Origin: an uncultured virus (IMG/VR IMGVR_UViG_3300042450_001700) | Lineage: Duplodnaviria; Heunggongvirae; Uroviricota; Caudoviricetes | Strand: one strand, 5' to 3' | DNA: 64,000 bases | IMG/VR virus record: IMGVR_UViG_3300042450_001700 | Part shown: positions 37,421 to 46,599 of the stretch, piece after piece | How the letters are laid out: each line of letters begins with the position of its first letter | How positions within the stretch are numbered: the first letter of the stretch is position 1 | Made by a program: the position numbers and the translations under genes | The notes under the pieces: model-generated | Seen by the model: only the letters and a program-made list of their open reading frames with translations | Told to the model about the DNA's origin: nothing | The model's database searches: none

Positions 37421-37611
37421 TGGAACCTGAACCTCCTGTAGAGGTTGACCCTCCGGTTGATAACCCGATGCTTGACGTTTATAAAGCGGCTACCGAGTTG
37501 TTGCGGCGGAACCGTCCTGTGAAACAGAACCGTGAGCAGCGGCGTGCAGCGTTACGGGCGAAGAAGTCTAAAGGTCGTTGACCGCTGGGTCTGAGTTGTG
37601 GGGTCACCGTA

Positions 37612-37688
37612 AAATGGAAGAAGCCCGGTGCGTAAGGGGGAGCTTCTTGATGCTCAACCCCCGACAACCGGGCTTGCGTTCCTATGTG
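37612..37688 (-). ncRNA. Small hairpin RNA candidate G (~77 nt)
   Basis: Class I promoter TTGATA-N17-TACAGT; AAGCCCGGT/ACCGGGCTT closing stem followed by a U-rich tail. Confidence 0.5.
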
Positions 37689-37752
37689 TCTTTGACTGTA
37701 GTTGATGGTTCTACAGTTATCAAGTCTATTTGCAAATAGTTTTCGGATTTCT

Positions 37753-38529
37753 TTACAACCCCAAAACCGTGTACTCAACCACACACTGACAATTCACTGA
37801 CTCAGCAGCAGGCAAAGCAATATCCCCCGGATACTCAGCAAAGAACCCACCAACAACAAACAACTCACCCGGACCCACCACCTGCCCATTAGCAGCAGCA
37901 TGAGACTCCCTACTATCCACCAACTGGCAAATCCAAACCTTCGACCCCTCAACACCAACAGCGATCAACTCATCAGGAATATCAACATCGTCCAACTCCG
38001 CCAACAAATCAAAAGCAGAACCAGCCGCAGCGTTCAACCCGCTGTTCGTTTCAGTAACAGTCATAACCCGTGCCACCCCCTGAGACAACGGTCCAGACAC
38101 ACCACCATCAAACAACCCCAGCCGGTCTAACAGCCAACCCGGAGCCTGACCAGATGCCTCCGTTGAAGCAACCGCAACCCGCCCATCAACAGTTGCGCCA
38201 ACCTTGTAAATCACAACCATCCGTGCAGCCAACATCTCCTCAGCCGCACTCTCCACAACATTAGAACGCAACAACCACACCAACCCCAAAGCAATCGCAG
38301 CATCACGAGCAATCTCCCGATACATCCGATCCAAAACAGGCTTCACTTCAGAATCAACAGCCTCAACCCACCAGCCCTGATCCCACAAGTCCTCATACAT
38401 CCCATCAGACTTCGTGACTCTCGCCCTCAACTTCGCTCTCACATCATCAAACGCAAAGCCAATAGCACGCCCAACCCTATAATTCCACAACGCACGGTCA
38501 GCATCAGATAACAGATACGACCCGGCCAT
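37753..38529 (-). CDS. MuF-like minor head protein
   Basis: TETN, KVW...SRESH...NGQ...F.VGG...YPGD...ESVNCQC motifs. Confidence 0.8.
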   Translation of the reverse strand: MAGSYLLSDADRALWNYRVGRAIGFAFDDVRAKLRARVTKSDGMYEDLWDQGWWVEAVDSEVKPVLDRMYREIARDAAIALGLVWLLRSNVVESAAEEMLAARMVVIYKVGATVDGRVAVASTEASGQAPGWLLDRLGLFDGGVSGPLSQGVARVMTVTETNSGLNAAAGSAFDLLAELDDVDIPDELIAVGVEGSKVWICQLVDSRESHAAANGQVVGPGELFVVGGFFAEYPGDIALPAAESVNCQCVVEYTVLGL

Positions 38530-39056
38530 CAGATAGATTCGATCTGTCTAAGGCGTGCATCTGCCCAAGTCTTACCCGGATCGCCACCCCACAACGCCCA
38601 AGCGATACGCCCAGCCGATGGGTAACCTTCTTCTCCACGACGGAACCCTTCAGCATCCTTATCAACCTCATGCCGAGCGAAGAACGATGCCATCCTGCGA
38701 ACAGTGTCAGGTGACAACCGAACCCTATTGGAAATATCGCGCGCTCGTGCAACACCAACCGCAGTGCCACCCCGCTTGAACTCAGCCCGCCAAGCCAAAC
38801 CCCTCTCAGCTTCAGCAACCATCGCGTCCGTAGGATTCAAGTCCAGATCAGCAAGCGAAACATAAGCAGCGAGCGCCGATAGCGCAGCGCCAGACAAACG
38901 GCCCTGAAGGTTTTCATTAGCGTGCAACGCAGCCACCTGAGCTAACGCATCACGCTTCGACCCATGACACGACAACAACCGACCTGTCTCTAAACGAACA
39001 CCCCACGGGGTAGATACCGGGCAACCCTGATCGTTACCAACAATATCCCAAGGCAT
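38529..39056 (-). CDS. Conserved phage head-associated hypothetical protein
   Basis: AERGLAWR..GGT.VG..RA...RMASFFARH...GYPSAGRIAWALWGGD motif common in phage head loci. Confidence 0.7.
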   Translation of the reverse strand: MPWDIVGNDQGCPVSTPWGVRLETGRLLSCHGSKRDALAQVAALHANENLQGRLSGAALSALAAYVSLADLDLNPTDAMVAEAERGLAWRAEFKRGGTAVGVARARDISNRVRLSPDTVRRMASFFARHEVDKDAEGFRRGEEGYPSAGRIAWALWGGDPGKTWADARLRQIESI

Positions 39057-39289
39057 CAGAAACTAAACATCCACTTCGCAACAGTCCACACCAACCACAC
39101 CGCAGGCATCAACATGGCTATAACAAACAACCATGTTGCGAAGACAGTGAAAAATGAGACAGCCATCTTCGCCCCAGCGGGGGTTTCCCTTTTCAGGGGG
39201 GAAGGCGTGGCAGCAGGAAAGCTTTCACCGGTCATCTCGTCAAATATCCTTGACTGTTGTTCATAGTCCCACTCTCGCCCATTACTCAT
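39056..39289 (-). CDS. Small membrane protein
   Basis: C-terminal hydrophobic segment. Confidence 0.6.
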   Translation of the reverse strand: MSNGREWDYEQQSRIFDEMTGESFPAATPSPLKRETPAGAKMAVSFFTVFATWLFVIAMLMPAVWLVWTVAKWMFSF

Positions 39290-39320
39290 AGTCGTACCCT
39301 TGTCTGCTGTTCAGAGTCCA

Positions 39321-40595
39321 TCAGTACGGCACCTCTTCATCCCAATGGTCTTTCGGTTGTTGCCATCCCGAGTCTAGTTCCCAAACACCTTTCCAAGGCC
39401 ACGGTGTGGAACGCTCAATCACATCAGGCCAATCATTCTCCAGACGGTCGCCACGCCAACGCCCAACCTGCATGATCTCATTGCCATCTTCTTTCGATTC
39501 CAGCTTCAACCCGATCTCAGGCCACCGCAACCACAGGCTCGAACCATACGGCATCAAGTCACGAGTACCGCCTGACCCTTTCGGTGCGTGATGCTCAAGG
39601 ATCAGCCCGAACCCGTAACGGACACGCAGATCGTCAAACACAGACATCACCTCAGAAGAAGCCTGCTCATCGGATTCTCGTGCTTCCACCCGGTACGCCT
39701 TGTAGATCGGCCCCAAGCAAACGAGTGTGGGGCGCACATGGGCGATCACAGCTTCCAGTTCAGACCTGTCACGCCTTGACCGCAGATTCACACCACCGGG
39801 CCGGTGCCATAGCCATGCTCTATCAGGATCGTATTCTTCAGCAACCGAACCAACTTGTGTTCTGATCGGATTACAAACGTCGATAATCGAATCATCAGGA
39901 TTCTCAAGATCAACAATCAGCGTCCTACAAGGCGGTATCGGCGTGAACCGCAAAGGATGAATCCCCTGCGCAGCAGCAATACCCAACTGCCGCAGCAGAA
40001 CCGTCTTACCGATCCCCTCCTGAGCAACAACCATCACCCGCCACCCGACACGCATCAAACCCGGAATCACCCAAGCAGGACGCTCCGAAACAGGCCGATC
40101 CAAGAACCCGTCAATCGTCCACACATCCCCCGGCACCTCAACCACATCCGACTTATGAATATCCAGCACCGCAGCATTCAACATGTCACCAAGCTCAGAT
40201 GGATCACCGTCCTGCCCGTAAGACCGTTCCCCTATTTCCTTGCAAGCGCTAATCAGCTTCCTGTACGCAGCGCACTTCACAACCCTTGTCGCATACGCAG
40301 ACACGTTTGACACGAACCCAGCGTTCGCCACCAATGACATAATCCCCGCAGCACCCCCATAAGCGCCTTCCCCCTCAGACAGCGTGAGCGCCCCCGTAAG
40401 CGTCGTAGCGTCCACAGGCTCCCCACGCCCATACATCCCCGCAATCGTCGCATACAGCACCCTCAGACGAGGCGTGTAGAGGTCTTCAGCGGAACACAGC
40501 GGCAATACCTCACCGATAGCCTCGTTATTCAAGATCATCGCACCAACAAGCGCTTCCTCAGCCTGCTCGTCATACGGCGGCGATTGTTCCTTCAT
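39321..40595 (-). CDS. Replicative helicase (DnaB N-terminal domain plus RecA-like/AAA_25 ATPase)
   Basis: PPYDEQAEEALVGAM N-domain; Walker A EGIGKT; LILEHH..K and YGSS motifs. Confidence 0.85.
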   Translation of the reverse strand: MKEQSPPYDEQAEEALVGAMILNNEAIGEVLPLCSAEDLYTPRLRVLYATIAGMYGRGEPVDATTLTGALTLSEGEGAYGGAAGIMSLVANAGFVSNVSAYATRVVKCAAYRKLISACKEIGERSYGQDGDPSELGDMLNAAVLDIHKSDVVEVPGDVWTIDGFLDRPVSERPAWVIPGLMRVGWRVMVVAQEGIGKTVLLRQLGIAAAQGIHPLRFTPIPPCRTLIVDLENPDDSIIDVCNPIRTQVGSVAEEYDPDRAWLWHRPGGVNLRSRRDRSELEAVIAHVRPTLVCLGPIYKAYRVEARESDEQASSEVMSVFDDLRVRYGFGLILEHHAPKGSGGTRDLMPYGSSLWLRWPEIGLKLESKEDGNEIMQVGRWRGDRLENDWPDVIERSTPWPWKGVWELDSGWQQPKDHWDEEVPY

Positions 40596-41029
40596 GCTTC
40601 CAACTCCTTCAACCCGGACAACTTGCCCTGAACCAGCGCTTCATACGAACCCTTGAACCGTGATTGCCAACCAAACATCCCCGCAGACAAACCAGCACAC
40701 GACTCAATGACCAGATCATGCACGACAGGACGGACGGGAACATGCCCCGAACCATTCACAAACCGCATCTGCTCCCGATAAGCCAACCAGCGCTCGGCAC
40801 CAGCCAACGCCGCAGCTTCATCCGGCGCTCCAGTAGCAGCACGACACACAGCAGCCACAGACGGACGGAACTCCTCAGTCCTCAACATTGCCTGAACACC
40901 CATATTGGTTGGCCCAAACGGAAGACCCCTCAAACACTCCACATAGATCAACGCCATCTCAGGAGGGAACTTCTGCGACCACCCAAACTCCAACAACCGG
41001 ACAACCTGCCCTGCCTCACCAAGGTTCAT
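40592..41029 (-). CDS. Putative helicase loader/inhibitor (G39P-like)
   Basis: Position between initiator and helicase; FRPSVA motif. Confidence 0.5.
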   Translation of the reverse strand: MNLGEAGQVVRLLEFGWSQKFPPEMALIYVECLRGLPFGPTNMGVQAMLRTEEFRPSVAAVCRAATGAPDEAAALAGAERWLAYREQMRFVNGSGHVPVRPVVHDLVIESCAGLSAGMFGWQSRFKGSYEALVQGKLSGLKELEA

Positions 41030-41973
41030 CCCTGCTCCTGAGCGTACAAAGCCATCACCTGATCCGTAGCCGACATCTTCCCGCGTTCCCCTCCAGCCTC
41101 AAAGATGTCCCTAAACCGCTCAACCCGCTCACCATCCCTGATCGCAACAAGCAGATCATCAAACTTCTTCCCATCAGGGTTATCCCCTGTATGCCACGCA
41201 GACAACGCAATCCCCCGTGCAGCAGCCACCAAGTCCTCCTCGGTGTAACCCTCGCGCAAACGGGCAGCAACAGCAGACCTCCGTTTCGCGTTCAACTTCA
41301 CTTTCCCCGGTGCGCGCCCAGTCGCCAGCACCCACGCTTCCATCACCCGCTCCGCCGTCCCCGCGTTTTTCGTTATCTGCCCTGCGTCAACGAGTTGAAG
41401 TTCAGAACGAGGCGGTAAAGAAACGGATTCCGTTTCCGCGTTTTCTGTTTCGTTGACATAAGTCTTTATAGTCTTTTTATAGTCTTGACTCTTAGTACTG
41501 ATAATAGGGCCTGAAAAACCGGAACCCGTTTCTCCGGCTCCGGTTATCCGGCGACGGGTTTCCAGTCCCCGGTCAATATGACTATCAGATAAGTCGTCGT
41601 CTGTTTCGACCAGTGGCCGCTCCCGAACCACAGCTTCATTCACCCAACGCCCATCCGGGCCACGATACTTTTCACGCGTGATATAGCCAGCTTCTTCAAG
41701 CTCCGCTAACGCAGCACGAACAGCATCACGACCCTCCTTGCATCGTTTACTGATCTCTATTGAGTTGATCCGCCAACCATCAGGCTTGTCCAAAAGCCAC
41801 ACGAGCAGCCCAGTGGCACGCAACGACAAGGCTTCATCGTTGATAGTCCGTGAGTCAATGACTGTGAACTGTTTGCGGTGTTCAACTCTGATCGTCACTT
41901 CAGTCCTTCCCTGCCGGACCCGAAGTGTGCAACCTTGACCAAGTGCTGTATGCTTGGACTCAGGAACTGACAC
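41026..41973 (-). CDS. Replication initiator-like protein with N-terminal HTH (start may be GTG 41898)
   Basis: FTVI...LSLRATGLLVWLL..PDGW...EGRDAVR.AL.ELE.AGY; C-terminal ARLREGYT..DL domain. Confidence 0.75.
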   Translation of the reverse strand: MSVPESKHTALGQGCTLRVRQGRTEVTIRVEHRKQFTVIDSRTINDEALSLRATGLLVWLLDKPDGWRINSIEISKRCKEGRDAVRAALAELEEAGYITREKYRGPDGRWVNEAVVRERPLVETDDDLSDSHIDRGLETRRRITGAGETGSGFSGPIISTKSQDYKKTIKTYVNETENAETESVSLPPRSELQLVDAGQITKNAGTAERVMEAWVLATGRAPGKVKLNAKRRSAVAARLREGYTEEDLVAAARGIALSAWHTGDNPDGKKFDDLLVAIRDGERVERFRDIFEAGGERGKMSATDQVMALYAQEQG

Positions 41974-42103
41974 GCCAAATGGGTATGGCGGAGGTGTCTT
42001 AGAAGAGTCGGGCGAGTACTAATCGTCCGGCTTCTTCGCGTATTGGGCTACCGACCCCATGAGTGTTTTGGACCCGGTAGCGGCAAGTGTACCAGATGGG
42101 TGT

Positions 42104-42466
42104 TCAGATTTCTTTCTCCACATAAACCACTCTGCCGTCAATGATGACGATGCCTTCTGGCAATATCGCATGATCCAGTATCGCCCCACGCAGATCAGCT
42201 CCGAATAGGCTTGCTCCGAATAGGTGTGCGTTCGTGAGGTTCGCTCTGCGTAGGTCGGCTCTGCGTAGGTCGGCGTTATGCAGGTTTGCGCAGATGAGGT
42301 CGGCTCCGATGAGGTTCGATCCGAATAGGTCGGCGTTTGTCAGGTTCGCTCCGAACAGAACGGCTCCCATTAGGTTTGTGTCGGATAGGTCTGCCCCGTA
42401 GAGGTTCACTCCGGTTAGGTCGGCTCGTTCCATGTTGCGGACTTCGTGTCCGATGATTGTGGTCAT
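42104..42466 (-). CDS. Pentapeptide repeat protein
   Basis: A(D/N)Lxx repeats throughout. Confidence 0.9.
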   Translation of the reverse strand: MTTIIGHEVRNMERADLTGVNLYGADLSDTNLMGAVLFGANLTNADLFGSNLIGADLICANLHNADLRRADLRRANLTNAHLFGASLFGADLRGAILDHAILPEGIVIIDGRVVYVEKEI

Positions 42467-42555
42467 CCTTCGACCCATATTCTCCAGCAGAGCATTCCTA
42501 CGCTTGCGATGTTTCCTACGATTGCGATTGCTATGTGAATCTCGGTCTGTGTCAT
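42463..42555 (-). CDS. Small single-TM peptide (30 aa, leaderless)
   Basis: TTGATT-N16-TATACT-N6-ATG; MTQTEIHIAIAIVGNIASVGMLCWRIWVEG. Confidence 0.6.
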   Translation of the reverse strand: MTQTEIHIAIAIVGNIASVGMLCWRIWVEG

Positions 42556-42656
42556 ACCCCTAGTATAGTCATATGAACTACAGAATCAAGTCAATATCAA
42601 ACAAATATCAAGATTTCTTTCAGCACCAAACACCACACAACGGCTACCCTAAACAT

Positions 42657-44228
42657 GTGGAACCACTCGTAGTAATCCCATCGGAACTACTTGCACTCGC
42701 AACAGACCACGAACGCGAGCAATACCGCCTATACCTAATCGACGCAGCAGTCACCACCGACGACTGGGAAACATGGCTACTCGGAATGGCCCCCGGCTAC
42801 GCATCAGCCCCATTCGGTGACCACCACAAACAATTCTGGAACTGGGCATGGGAAGTAGAAACAGGTGAACGACCCCGACCGTTCGTCGCTATCTGGCCCC
42901 GAGGCGGCGCAAAGAGTACCAGCGCCGAGATGTGCGTCGTCGCTCTCGGCGCACGACAGAAACGCCACTACTGCCTATACGTCAGCGAAACACAAGATCA
43001 GGCAGACGACCACGTTGCCAACATCGCATCACTACTCGAAGACACCGAAATCGGATTCGCATACCCCGAACTAGGCGAACGAATGATGGGTAAGTTCGGA
43101 TCAGCAAAAGGTTGGCGGCGCAACCGAATCCGAACCGGAACCGGGTTCACCGTTGACGCTGTAGGACTTGACTCAGCATCACGAGGCATCAAACTCGAAA
43201 ACCTGCGACCCGACCTAATGGTCTTCGATGACATCGACAGCGAATCCGACGGGCCATCAGCCACAGACAAAAAGATCCGAACCATCACCCGCAAACTTCT
43301 CCCAGCGGGATCAAACGCTTGCGCTGTTATCGCCATCCAGAACAAGGTCCACGACAACTCCATCTTCGCACGACTCGCAGACGGACGAGCAGACTTTCTC
43401 CGTGACCGAATTGTGTCCGGGCCAATCCCATCAGTATGGAACCTTGAATGGGTAGAACAAGAAGGCTTGTTCAACATCGTCACAGGGCAAGCGGCATGGG
43501 AAGGCCAGCCACTCGAATCGTCACAAGCGCTCCTCAACGACATCGGACTAACAGCGTTCCTCGCAGAGTGCCAACACGCGACAGTCACGATGACCGGCGG
43601 GATGTTCGACCACATCAACTGGCCGAACCTTCATGTCACCGAAGCAGAACTACCAGTTATGAAACGCGTAGTCGTCTGGTTGGACCCTGCTGTCACCTCA
43701 AACGACCAATCAGACTGCCAAGGCATCCAATGCGATGGGCTGGGTTCCGACGGTTTGATCTACCGTCTTTGGTCATGGGAGGGGCGCACCACACCACTTG
43801 ACGCTGTGATGCGTGGAATCAGAATCGCTCTTCAATGGAACGCCGACACGCTCGGAGTTGAATCCGACCAAGGCGGCGATACATGGCAAACGGTTTACCA
43901 TCAGGCTTGCGAGAACTTGCGTGACGCAGGGGAACTTGAAGGATCAGCACCACGGTTCGCTTCAGCGAAAGCAGGCGCAGGGCATGGATCGAAGATGGCT
44001 CGTGCGCAACGGATGCTTGTCGATTACGAACGGAACCAGATCAGGCATCTCCTTGGCACACACCAAGTGTTAGAACTTGGACTCATGCGTTTCCCTAAGA
44101 TCAAACCATACGATCTTGTTGACGCAGCGTACTGGGCGTGGGCGGACATCTCGAAGAAGACGAACAGGTCGAAGTCTCGTATCGGGTCTGCGGCTAACTC
44201 AACTATCGGTGCGTTCAACTTCAACTAA
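42657..44228 (+). CDS. terL: Terminase large subunit
   Basis: WPRGGAKST Walker A, RPDLMVFDDID Walker B, WLDPA and DLVDA nuclease motifs; probable leaderless GTG 42657. Confidence 0.9.
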   Translation: MEPLVVIPSELLALATDHEREQYRLYLIDAAVTTDDWETWLLGMAPGYASAPFGDHHKQFWNWAWEVETGERPRPFVAIWPRGGAKSTSAEMCVVALGARQKRHYCLYVSETQDQADDHVANIASLLEDTEIGFAYPELGERMMGKFGSAKGWRRNRIRTGTGFTVDAVGLDSASRGIKLENLRPDLMVFDDIDSESDGPSATDKKIRTITRKLLPAGSNACAVIAIQNKVHDNSIFARLADGRADFLRDRIVSGPIPSVWNLEWVEQEGLFNIVTGQAAWEGQPLESSQALLNDIGLTAFLAECQHATVTMTGGMFDHINWPNLHVTEAELPVMKRVVVWLDPAVTSNDQSDCQGIQCDGLGSDGLIYRLWSWEGRTTPLDAVMRGIRIALQWNADTLGVESDQGGDTWQTVYHQACENLRDAGELEGSAPRFASAKAGAGHGSKMARAQRMLVDYERNQIRHLLGTHQVLELGLMRFPKIKPYDLVDAAYWAWADISKKTNRSKSRIGSAANSTIGAFNFN

Positions 44229-44263
44229 AAATGCAAGAAGCCCCTCCGTTGTGGAGGGGCTGA
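44227..44263 (-). terminator. Intrinsic terminator between terL and ncRNA C
   Basis: AGCCCCTCC-N5-GGAGGGGCT hairpin followed by TCTTGCATTTT on the minus strand. Confidence 0.75.
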
Positions 44264-45007
44264 AGCCATCTTGCTGACTAACCGAGAAGGCAATACGTCC
44301 TTCTGTCGGCATCGGTTGATACCGCCAAATTTTTGCACCATTGGGGGTGCCTGCAACCGCCCTTGCAGGTGGGTTCCTATCTTCTGTCACCCGAGGTCTA
44401 CAACCCTTGGAACACCGGAAGATTCGTTCAGCGGCGGGACTTTGTTTCAGGCGATATTCCCTGTGCTGCTTTTTGCCTGTACTGCTTGTTGATCGCAGAA
44501 CCGTTGAGTTAGCAGGAAGAGCGGCGGGAGAGATGCACCAACAACGCGCCCATCTTCGCTTCACATCAGAAGCTCGTTACCTAGCCGGGAGGGGAGAGAT
44601 GCACCAACAACGCTCCACCGGGTAGGGAATGGCTAACTGGCGGGAAGTATATCTTCCCGCTAACTCAACGGTCCTACGAATCAAGTTCTTAGAAGATGCT
44701 CTTGGACCGGCTACTTGCTTTCGTTCTTACTACTCCACGGATTGTGCGCACGCACCGCTTCACCTCAGAACTAGTTGCTTTCACCGTTCTCCGCATTCAC
44801 TCGCGCTATGTCAACATCCATCCACCACCTTCATAAGCACATCTCTGTGTGCCGTAGGGCGCTTCACTTGGCGATCAGCCCGGTACTTCTGCGGTTCCAA
44901 GTTCATCATCTAAGAACTTGATTCCTGTACTTGAGAGTCTTTGGTGTGCGGACCCTAGCCGCCATGCTCCCCGGTCGTTCCGGTTCTTTAGGTTGTATTG
45001 CCTTACC
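44229..45007 (-). ncRNA. Large structured ncRNA candidate C (~780 nt)
   Basis: Promoter TTGACA-N17-TATCTT at 45014-45042; 5'/3' stem 44995-45004/44287-44296; perfect 16-bp stem 44678-44693/44909-44924; stem 44498-44520/44652-44674. Confidence 0.75.
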
Positions 45008-45077
45008 CCCATAAAGATAGTCGATGCGACTACACATGTCAAGTCAATAATCAAGATTGTTTGATATTTCTTTTCGG

Positions 45078-45981
45078 CACCAACCCCAGCCTTCACGACT
45101 GGCACTGAATGACTGGTCAAGCTCCATTGGATGCCACACGCCCATTTCACCGTCAAGCTCAACGGTCCGGTAGGTCAACTTCCGGTGTGGACTCACCCTT
45201 CTGCTCTCCGCCAGTCGGCGGTGTTGCTCAAACTGCACCTGCTTTCTCTAGTTGGAATGATCTAAACGAATGTGTGGGGAATCCGGTTTTCCGGGCTACA
45301 GTCCAGCGGCGGTCTCTCCCTTGCGCACGACACGCGGGCTAGGTGCTTGTCTGCGGAATACCGGCCTAACCGGACTCCCCTTGAATCTTGAGTTGACGCT
45401 TGGATCGTTTGGGAGTGACCCGACGAACTCCGCATATCTCATCAAGATTCAGTACTTGACCGTTTCGCAATGAACAGCATTTCTGCTGTCGCCTAATGGC
45501 CGTCCGGTCAAGATCGCTTGGCATTGAATGCCTTATAGGTTACTCACGCTCCGGGTAATTAGTCCGTTTGATTAGCGTAGGGCGGTATGGATCGGTGTCA
45601 GCTAAAGACTTCAGTGTTTATCACCCTTCCAGTTTCGATCCGCAGCGTTCGAGGAGAACTCGTAAACCCCGGAACCATCTTGGTTTCCGCACTGTCGTAG
45701 CTGCTGTTCAGGTACCTAACTCAGGTTCCTACTGCCAGTCGCCGCTGCCGACAGTTTCCGACTTGCGGACATCTGCTGAACTTTGACTGGTGCTGCTAAT
45801 TGCGTGAGCGACCTATAAGACGCTCATTGCTTTCTTGAGAGCTAAGAGTCTGTTGAAGGTTTGTCACGTTGTTACCGGTTTGGAATGTCCCGTTCTTTGC
45901 GTGGGGGCCTTGCTGATCTCTTAGCCGCTCAAGCTTGTCTCTGTTTTCAAGTTGCTGTTGTGAGGCTGTTGCTCCCCCACA
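45078..45981 (-). ncRNA. Large structured ncRNA candidate D (~900 nt)
   Basis: Promoter TTGCGG-N17-TACTGT at 45988-46016; 5' TGTGTGGGG pairs with 45271-45279; many internal stems; no credible ORF. Confidence 0.65.
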
Positions 45982-46047
45982 CACAAGACAGTAGTCGATA
46001 CGACTACAGTCCGCAAGTCGAAACAGAAGATTGTTTGATATTTCTTT

Positions 46048-46599
46048 TGGTTGGTCAGTGAAACCGATGTTCTGAATAAGAGCTGCAAGTTTCTATCCCT
46101 GTGACGCAACATCGGGCTGCCTTGCTCCCCGACCGAATACGCTTCGGTGATTACGCTCTTGACGACGCTTTCACTTGACTCTGTGTGCCTGTCTGTCTCC
46201 AGACGATTCCACTGACCAACCACTCAAGTTGCTGCGGAGGTGCCGTACTAGGGATGTGTTGGGAGAGCAAGGCTTACGTCTTTCGACTACTTGGTCACCT
46301 CAATCGTCTTGGGTCCGATACCGCAAGTTTCAACTTGAGTCATTCTAGTTACTGTTGAGGAAGCCGTACTGAGGATGTCTTAGGAGAGGAAGGCTTACAC
46401 CCGAGGGCTACTTCTTGCACTTCAATCGTCTTCTGGTATCAAACAGAATCTAACTAGCACTCGCTGTTTCTGTTGCTGAGTGTGCAACCGTCACATTTCC
46501 TTGAGGTGGTGTGTCACCCGGAATCCGCTACACGCTTTGTGCGTCTTGCTGCGATTCGCCCCCGGTTGTGTCTCCGGTTCGTACTGCTCACTTCCTTAT
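46048..46599 (-). ncRNA. Large structured ncRNA candidate E (~550 nt)
   Basis: Class II promoter at 46607-46629; duplicated ~77-nt domain; stem GGTTGGTCAGTG/CACTGACCAACC at the 3' end. Confidence 0.7.

Noticed and set aside
42573..42656. Tracked N-terminal extension of terL
   Set aside because: It overlaps the divergent class I promoter; TACCCT-N6-GTG at 42657 fits the leaderless pattern better
44199..46223. Short tracked ORFs in the 44.2-46.2 kb interval
   Set aside because: They lie on mixed strands, cross promoter blocks and lack start signals; shared peptide fragments (LPANSTVL, GEMHQQR) simply reflect nucleotide repeats
21335..46599. tRNA, tmRNA, RNase P or self-splicing intron identity for the RNA candidates
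   Set aside because: By eye I found no cloverleaf with a TTCGA T-loop and CCA, no RNase P GAGGAAAGTCC signature and no interrupted host gene; a covariance search is still needed to exclude these
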